From an uncultured Dehalococcoidales bacterium (GTDB lineage: Bacteria; Chloroflexota; Dehalococcoidia; GIF9; AB-539-J10), in NCBI GenBank assembly GCA_964578745.1, contig CAZODZ010000004.1:1-57832 (forward strand): a stretch of DNA of 57,832 nt, written 5' to 3'. The notes under the pieces are model-generated. The model was not told where the DNA came from and ran no database searches. It saw only the letters and a program-made list of their open reading frames with translations. Below are positions 51,614 to 57,832 of this stretch, piece after piece. A program made the translations under genes and the position numbers. Position 1 is the stretch's first letter; each line of letters opens with the position of its first letter.

Positions 51614-52280
51614 CAGAACCGCATCGTCAACATGACCGTGCTGCTGAAGGGGCACGCCGAACCCATCATTCCGGTAAGCTGCACTGTGCAGGGAAGAGGG
51701 TCCTGCATGAGCCCGGTGTTCGCAAGCTCAGTGGCTTTTGCGCCGCCGCGCCTGCGCAGAGTGAACAAGTCCACGGTGACACGCTCCCTCCATAGTCAAC
51801 GTGGCCTCCGGACCGACCAGGCAGAAGTCTGGGACAAGAATGACATGCGAATCCAGCGTCATCGGCTACCAGGGCGATGCGGGACGTCTACCAGGCGCGA
51901 ATGCCGGAGCTGGATCATGTGCTCCAGCGCTTCCCGTCGGCACCGGATCACTGTGGCCTGCTCGCGCTGGTAGAGGGCCGAGTACTGGGACTTGCTATTT
52001 TGTCCCGCCCACAGGTCTACTGCGCGCTGCACACATGCCTGCTACGCAGCTACGTTATGGGCGCACACACGCCGGCACAACACGCGTTCGAAGGCGAGCC
52101 GACAGCATTCGTAAAGGCAGCACTCTCCTCTCATCAGACCCGTCGCTCTTCGACAGGGCTTGGAGAGGACCACCGCTACGAAGCAGACGGAATCGTGGGC
52201 TCAGCGCTCACGTTCAAGGGCAAAGTGGTACACATGACCTTCTTCCACGTGCCGCAGGACGACGCGCCGGCGCATGAACT
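51614..52280 (+). pseudogene. ARPP-1/DUF6569-like gene remnant
   Basis: QNRIVN..IPVSC..GR, DQAEVW, AMRDVY, LLRSY, STGLGEDHR, GSAL...VHMTFF in two frames; N-terminus absent; family call from memory. Confidence 0.6.
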
Positions 52281-52483
52281 CGACAGGAGAAATGGGGCAA
52301 TACACCCTTGTGAGAGAGCCAGGCAACGACATTGCCGCAGGGCCGTACCTCTACCAGTGCATGCGGGGATCGCAGGACCATGCGAGGCGCATATGGACAG
52401 TACGACGACCGGACTACCCTGGCTACATGCTCACAAACAGACTGCGGACGCGGCTCACGTCCGCGTCCGCACAATCAAATCCA

Positions 52484-53368
52484 TCAGGCGACCGTGTGAT
52501 TCGCCAGTTGTTCCAGCGCCAGGACCATCGCAGAGTGGTCGAGATCTATCCCATCACGCGCAGCCACCGCGTTGAACATCTCCTGTGCCACCGCAGTGCT
52601 CGGGATACTCATGTGGAGGCTTCGCGCAGACTGGAGCGCAAGATTGAGATCTTTCTGGTGCAGGCGAATGCGGAAGCCAGGCTGAAACGTCCTCTTGATC
52701 ATGCGCTCTCCCAACAGTTCCATAATGCGGCTTCCTGCAAGTCCACCCATGAGCGCCTCACGAACCTTCGCAGGATCCGCTCCAGCCTTGGAGGCGAAGG
52801 TCAGAGCCTCAGCCGTAGCGGCTATGGTGACCGCGACAGCTATCTGGTTAGCGACCTTGCATGTCTGACCCGCTCCATTATCACCTATATGAACAATGTT
52901 CTTGCCCATGAGCTCGAAGTAAGGCTTGATCTTCTCAAAGACCTCTCTCTTGCCACCCACCATTATCGACAGAATGGCCTTCTCTGCACCGACCTGGCCA
53001 CCGGAGACCGGTGCATCGAGCATCTCGACCCCCAGGTCCTGCAGCTTCCTTGCAAACTCCTTCGTCGCAATCGGCGATATAGAGCTCATATCGACAACGA
53101 TGGAGCCCTTTCGGATGCCGTGGACCACCCCATCCGGACCAAAAAGGACAGCCTCTACGTCCGGGGTATCCGGTACCATGACGATTATGATGTCCGACTT
53201 CTGCGCGACTTCTCTGCTGCTCGCGCAGGCGATGGCGCCCTTCGCAACGAGCTCATCCCGTGCCTCGACGTTGATGTCATACACATTGACCGTATGACCG
53301 GCTGCAAGCAGATGCCCGGCCATGGGCTTCCCCATGATACCGAGCCCGATAAATCCCAACTGTGTCAT
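52484..53368 (-). CDS. glxR: 2-hydroxy-3-oxopropionate (tartronate semialdehyde) reductase
   Basis: GFIGLGIMG, DAPVSGGQVGA, CKVANQ, HQKDL; adjacent to hyi. Confidence 0.9.
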   Translation of the reverse strand: MTQLGFIGLGIMGKPMAGHLLAAGHTVNVYDINVEARDELVAKGAIACASSREVAQKSDIIIVMVPDTPDVEAVLFGPDGVVHGIRKGSIVVDMSSISPIATKEFARKLQDLGVEMLDAPVSGGQVGAEKAILSIMVGGKREVFEKIKPYFELMGKNIVHIGDNGAGQTCKVANQIAVAVTIAATAEALTFASKAGADPAKVREALMGGLAGSRIMELLGERMIKRTFQPGFRIRLHQKDLNLALQSARSLHMSIPSTAVAQEMFNAVAARDGIDLDHSAMVLALEQLANHTVA

Positions 53369-53384
53369 TCGCCCTCCTTCTTCG

Positions 53385-54161
53385 CTACAGGTACTCTTTG
53401 AGCCAGCCAAGGCTCTGTTCGGTCGACTTGGACGGGACATATTCACATCCTATCCAGCCGCTGTAACCCGCATCATCAATAGCTTTGAACAGGTTGGGGA
53501 AGTTGATCTCACCTGTCCCAGGCTCGTGCCGGCCCGGCACATCCGCTAACTGCATGTGACCAATCCTCTCAATGTTCTGGCGGATGGTCCTGATGAGATT
53601 GCCCTCCATGATCTGCATGTGGTAGATGTCGTACTGTATCAGCACGTTCGGGTGGTCAACTTCCCTGAGGAGGTCAACTGCCTGGCGCGTCGTATTGAGA
53701 TAAAAACCGGGCATGTCTTCGGAGTTGATGGCTTCAACAACAAGCCGGATGCCCTTCTTGGCAGTCTCTTCAGCCGCATAGCGCACGTTGGCCACCAGTG
53801 TCTCCAGCGTCTTCAGCGGGTCCTGCGTTACCGGCGGGATGCCGGCAAGACAGTTGAGGCACGGACATCCGAGCGCGCTTGCATAGTCGACCGCCAGAGC
53901 TACGGCCTCGTGGAATTCATCAACACGGTCGGCCAGGGTCGCGAGGCCGCGTTCCCCCGCATTCCAATCACCGGCAGGAAGATTGTGCAGCACCACCTCA
54001 AGGTTGTTGCGGTGCAGGCGTTCCAGCAATTCATCCTTATCCCACTCGTATGGAAAGAGGAACTCCACACCTTTGAACCCCGCTGCTGCCGCGCGGTCAA
54101 AACGATCGAGAAAACCTACTTCCTTGAAGAGCATGGACAGATTTGCGCTGAATCTGGGCAT
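53385..54161 (-). CDS. hyi: Hydroxypyruvate isomerase
   Basis: FSANLSMLF, VEFLFPY, EAIN, YDIYHMQ, ADVPGRHEPGTGEIN. Confidence 0.93.
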   Translation of the reverse strand: MPRFSANLSMLFKEVGFLDRFDRAAAAGFKGVEFLFPYEWDKDELLERLHRNNLEVVLHNLPAGDWNAGERGLATLADRVDEFHEAVALAVDYASALGCPCLNCLAGIPPVTQDPLKTLETLVANVRYAAEETAKKGIRLVVEAINSEDMPGFYLNTTRQAVDLLREVDHPNVLIQYDIYHMQIMEGNLIRTIRQNIERIGHMQLADVPGRHEPGTGEINFPNLFKAIDDAGYSGWIGCEYVPSKSTEQSLGWLKEYL

Positions 54162-54393
54162 CGTTCTTTCTCCTCCCTGTGCGCTTCACGGGCACATTCC
54201 CGCCACCCAAAAGACCCCCTGGCGAAGCAGCGGACGGAGTCTTATGAGCCATCGTATTCTAACACCAGTGCGGCAGGGGAATGCCAGACATGCCAACAAC
54301 AGCACACCCGCGATCTGGTGCTTAGCTATGCTCAAGCACCACTGCGCATAAGCCGTTCCTAATCTTCCGTGGCCATCACTGCATCTGGGAGCA

Positions 54394-54876
54394 GTGTCTC
54401 GCGCGAGTTATAATCTGGGACCGTGCCGTCTTGCAGCCCACATACTACACAGAAGGGGCTCTCCAGTGTTTGAGCGACTCTGTGGCCTGAGAGACCGCGC
54501 GACAGCGGTTGTGCACCGGGATGGCCGCCTGCTGCTGGTACGCGACAGGGGGTTCCGGCACTTCTCACTTCCAGGGGGCGGAGTACGCCTTGGCGAGAGA
54601 CCCATTGATGCAGCGGTACGGGAATTGGAGGAGGAGACCGGGCTCCGGGCTGTCTCGGCAGCTCCTCTGCTCCACTGTGGGACAAGGGATATCTTCAACA
54701 CATATCACGTATTCCTTGTCGAGGCAGATGGAGAATTGCACATCGACCCCGTTGAACTGAGTGAGGCGCTCTGGTGGGACGGACAGACCAGCCTGCCGCT
54801 CTTTGGATACGTGAGACACATCCTGCGACAGTTGAGGTGGCCCGATATTCCTGATTCTGGCATACTTGAGTCATAG
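54394..54876 (+). CDS. NUDIX hydrolase
   Basis: Nudix box [24 protein letters not shown]; start uncertain. Confidence 0.88.
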   Translation: MSRASYNLGPCRLAAHILHRRGSPVFERLCGLRDRATAVVHRDGRLLLVRDRGFRHFSLPGGGVRLGERPIDAAVRELEEETGLRAVSAAPLLHCGTRDIFNTYHVFLVEADGELHIDPVELSEALWWDGQTSLPLFGYVRHILRQLRWPDIPDSGILES

Positions 54877-54889
54877 CAGCGGCGGCATC

Positions 54890-55900
54890 ATGCGAAGGTG
54901 GCTGACTTCAGCAGGGGACATGTTGATATTGACCCTGATGCTTGTCGCTGGCGGGGCCACTGTTGCATGCGAACCTCCGCTTTCTGAGGGCAGGGCCACA
55001 CAGGGTGTTACAGCCGGGGAGTGTCCACCGTCACAGACGCCACCCCAGTCATACTACCTTCCAGACGATGGAAGCTGGGAACTACCGCCCGACACGCCGA
55101 CCGGCCGGTTTCCATCATGCGAGGGAACCGTGACCATCGAAGGACTGGGCGATTTTATCTTCAATCCTGTCGAAATACCGACCGTCCGCCCTGACGTCTT
55201 CACCCCGGGACACTTCTCGCTGTTCGATGTGCTCGTAGACCTGTCCTCAAAGGGGTGGTTCACCATGGAGTACCACTACGACCAGAACCTCGGGACCCAT
55301 ATCATCGACCAGCTGGACAACCGTGTCAACTGGTGGTACCGGGCACACTACGCCGGCGCGTGGTATGAACTGAACGCGTTCCGCATGGATCTCTACCCCT
55401 ACAAGGACGGCACCGGGATAATGATGCGCCAGCAGACCGACGAGTTCATGGGCACCCTCTACAACAGCTTCGCCTCAGAAATGCGCAGACTATCACTCAA
55501 TCAGGGACGGGTGGTGATACCCGAAGTACGCATAGGTCCGGCGGTCTACACCAATGTGCCTGTGAGTGCCCACGATGTCCGCACCGACGTATTTGTCCCG
55601 GGCACCCTCACCGCGCTCGATGTCCTGCTCAGCCTTGCCGACCAGGACAGGATAGAGCGCATGAAACTGACATGGTACGCGAGCATAGGCGACGCTGATC
55701 CTGTCGACAGCTTCCGTGTTGAACAGATTGACGACGGCGACGGCTTCTTCGATGATGAAGCCTCCCCGGAGACAGGGGGCTGGGTGTACGAGTCGGGTGC
55801 GCGCGACTTTGCAGGATTCAAGGGCAGCCACATACACATACCTGTTGACACGCGTGTTCTCGTCTCTCCCGAATACATGATGTGGTACTGGCTGAACTAG
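54890..55900 (+). CDS. Exported (lipo)protein with internally duplicated domain
   Basis: Signal peptide ending TVAC; repeats VRPDVFTPGHFSLFDVLVDL and VRTDVFVPGTLTALDVLLSL. Confidence 0.7.
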   Translation: MRRWLTSAGDMLILTLMLVAGGATVACEPPLSEGRATQGVTAGECPPSQTPPQSYYLPDDGSWELPPDTPTGRFPSCEGTVTIEGLGDFIFNPVEIPTVRPDVFTPGHFSLFDVLVDLSSKGWFTMEYHYDQNLGTHIIDQLDNRVNWWYRAHYAGAWYELNAFRMDLYPYKDGTGIMMRQQTDEFMGTLYNSFASEMRRLSLNQGRVVIPEVRIGPAVYTNVPVSAHDVRTDVFVPGTLTALDVLLSLADQDRIERMKLTWYASIGDADPVDSFRVEQIDDGDGFFDDEASPETGGWVYESGARDFAGFKGSHIHIPVDTRVLVSPEYMMWYWLN

Positions 55901-55947
55901 TCCCTTCTGGCTTCGGTGGCAATACCGTCATCGCCGGTTCACTTGAA

Positions 55948-56772
55948 ATGCGTGTGCCTGAACATCCCGAGAGCGATTGCAGCAGCGATCGCAACGTTGA
56001 GGAGTCGGCCCTGACACTGAATATCCTCGAACGCTACCGCGCGGTCCTCCGTGCATCCCGGGACAAGCCTCCCAAGCTGCGATTCGGTCGACGCACCGTC
56101 GCGGTAAGCACTATCGCACAGCAGTTCTACTGCGAGAAGGCGGTCCAGTTCAGCTTCGAGCATCCGCTGCCGCCCAGCCGGAACATGCAGGACGGCACTG
56201 CCGGACATGAGGTTGTCGCGGCACTCGGAGTACCCATGACCCACGAACAGGCAGTGCAGCAGGCCATAATCGAGCGCGCAGTCCCCCTGTGTGTATACGA
56301 GTTCAGGATAGGGTGGGAGCATGATGGCGTCACTGTGCTGGGTTTCGTGGACGAAGCCTGGTTCCGCGGGGGGAGAGTCGAGCTGGTGGCAGAGAGGAAG
56401 TTCAGCAACAGGCCGGGCATCTACCTCCCATACAGGATCCAGGCAGCACTCTACTGCCTGGGGCTTTCCGAAATGGGGTTCAGTGCAGAAGCGGCCATGT
56501 ACCGCATCAGCGTCCTTCAGCGAGGCTGTCACGCATGCGCAGAACTTGCCGCTGGCGACTGTCCCATCCTCACAGGCAAGACGGAGGGAACAATCCGCTG
56601 TGAGGGCAGAGGCATAAGCGAGGTCTTCCACTTCGACAGAGAGCAGACTGTTCGCAATCTTGACTGGGCCCTGGAATTCTGGCGAAACGAGCGCGAGGCC
56701 GAGCCTGCTGCGAGTCCCGGCCGCTGCCGCGCATGCCGCTACAAGAACGTATGCGAGGCGGCGCAACTTTGA
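55948..56772 (+). CDS. Cas4-like PD-(D/E)XK nuclease with Fe-S ligands, not visibly CRISPR-associated
   Basis: FYCEK, GTAGH, GFVDE, ERK, QAALY, CRACRYKNVC. Confidence 0.8.
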   Translation: MRVPEHPESDCSSDRNVEESALTLNILERYRAVLRASRDKPPKLRFGRRTVAVSTIAQQFYCEKAVQFSFEHPLPPSRNMQDGTAGHEVVAALGVPMTHEQAVQQAIIERAVPLCVYEFRIGWEHDGVTVLGFVDEAWFRGGRVELVAERKFSNRPGIYLPYRIQAALYCLGLSEMGFSAEAAMYRISVLQRGCHACAELAAGDCPILTGKTEGTIRCEGRGISEVFHFDREQTVRNLDWALEFWRNEREAEPAASPGRCRACRYKNVCEAAQL

Positions 56773-56779
56773 GGTAGAG

Positions 56780-57568
56780 TCAATCACCCTCCGGCGGCTC
56801 GGGTAACTCGCCGCGCAGAGCAGCCTCGGCGATTTCCTTTGTCTCCGGTCCGAAGTCGCTCTTAGTTATCCACTCCAGGTAGCCAGGGTCATTCTGCTTC
56901 ACGGTCTTCAGCGGCACACCCTTGTACTTGCCAAAACCGAGGACGGGGATACCACCAGACCACAGGAACTTCCCCTGTGGGTCTATCCAGTTTTCCTGTT
57001 CACGGTTGCACAGCGCGTGAAGCCCCCGGATCGTGCGGGGCAGGTCGGGGTTCGCTGCAAGTATGCCCTCCAGCACGGCAATCGATGCCTCAACATCCGC
57101 CTCGGACGTGTGCGCATTGCCCATCTCGCAGCCGCAGTACTTGCGGTGAGCTGCCGCGAGGTCGCGCGGTTCAAGCATGTGGAACAGGATCTGGCCGTCG
57201 ACGATGCGACGACCACGTCGGGAAAATTCCAGCCCGGCACGGCGGAACTCCGCCTCCAGCAGGGGAATATCGAGCCTGCTGACACCGAATCCTCCAAGAT
57301 CGGCATCTCCTATGAAATCGAGCAGTTCCCGCGCGCAGAACGAAAAACCGGGCAGCCCCGCAACGTCTTCGTTCGTGATGCCGTGGACGTCGGTTGCGCT
57401 CTTCGGAATGGGGATACCGGGGTTCACACGGCGGGTCCATGTCTCCCGTGTGCCGTCCGGGTGCAGCTTGACCGCCGTCACCTCAACTATCCGGTCGGCA
57501 CTCGGGCTTATGCCGGTGGTTTCGAGATCGAAAAAGACGACTGCCCGGTCAAATTCAAGGTGCGGCAT
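56780..57568 (-). CDS. DEDDh 3'-5' exonuclease (DnaQ-like)
   Basis: FFDLETTG, RLDIPLL, AHTSEADV; C-terminal FGKYKG...DPGYLEWI; ATG 57568 after GAGGAG. Confidence 0.9.
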   Translation of the reverse strand: MPHLEFDRAVVFFDLETTGISPSADRIVEVTAVKLHPDGTRETWTRRVNPGIPIPKSATDVHGITNEDVAGLPGFSFCARELLDFIGDADLGGFGVSRLDIPLLEAEFRRAGLEFSRRGRRIVDGQILFHMLEPRDLAAAHRKYCGCEMGNAHTSEADVEASIAVLEGILAANPDLPRTIRGLHALCNREQENWIDPQGKFLWSGGIPVLGFGKYKGVPLKTVKQNDPGYLEWITKSDFGPETKEIAEAALRGELPEPPEGD

Positions 57569-57832
57569 TTCTGGCTCCTCTCCGGTGCCGCAGAGCTGAG
57601 CTGCCCATCGACACCACGCCCATCCTAGTGCGGGCTGCGCCCGCAAGTCAACCTCCTGTACTGCCACACACGTCTGGGGGGACAACAACAAGACAATGAC
57701 GCCGGGCCGATGAAGACCGGAGCAACCACCACCGTCGTGACGCGGCCCGGCGCGTCCAGGAGCGACGTGGCGCACGCTACACCGAACGTAAGAACGAGGA
57801 CCGCTCTGAAGGATGCTCAGGCTCAGCGGTTC

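Noticed and set aside
1-57832. CRISPR array, tRNA, rRNA or transposase
   Set aside because: No regularly spaced repeats, cloverleaf with T-arm, rRNA signature or transposase motif seen by eye

Overview
GC-rich bacterial chromosomal window, probably Chloroflexota/Dehalococcoidia. That taxonomy is inferred from gene-family style (MarR proteins with REPH[ST]IS, TWK...DEF membrane paralogs, a T-box-led trp operon) and was not verified by any search. Core content: ilvD, a complete trpE-G-D-C-F-B-A operon under a Trp(UGG) T-box riboswitch, ppdK and hyi-glxR. These are mixed with orphan catabolic enzymes, transporters (MMPL, MFS, DUF318-YHS permease, CDF, TMEM175-like), regulators (Fur, 2 MarR, excisionase-like HTH) and several decayed genes (response regulator/kinase/2-hydroxyacid dehydrogenase mosaic, USP, ARPP-1-like). 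I found no tRNA, rRNA, CRISPR array or intact transposase. The least-explained signals are non-coding: two rod-like RNA candidates transcribed divergently from back-to-back promoters (47030-47450), a promoter-leader-uORF-terminator unit before a methyltransferase (49310-49578), and a ~75-nt terminated transcript before ppdK. Notable proteins: a solo Cas4-like nuclease with an extra Cys cluster facing a DnaQ-like exonuclease, a CoA-transferase-like pair apparently lacking the catalytic Glu, a wHTH-CDF-wHTH fusion and three tandem membrane paralogs. All family calls come from motifs read by eye; no database search or folding program was run.
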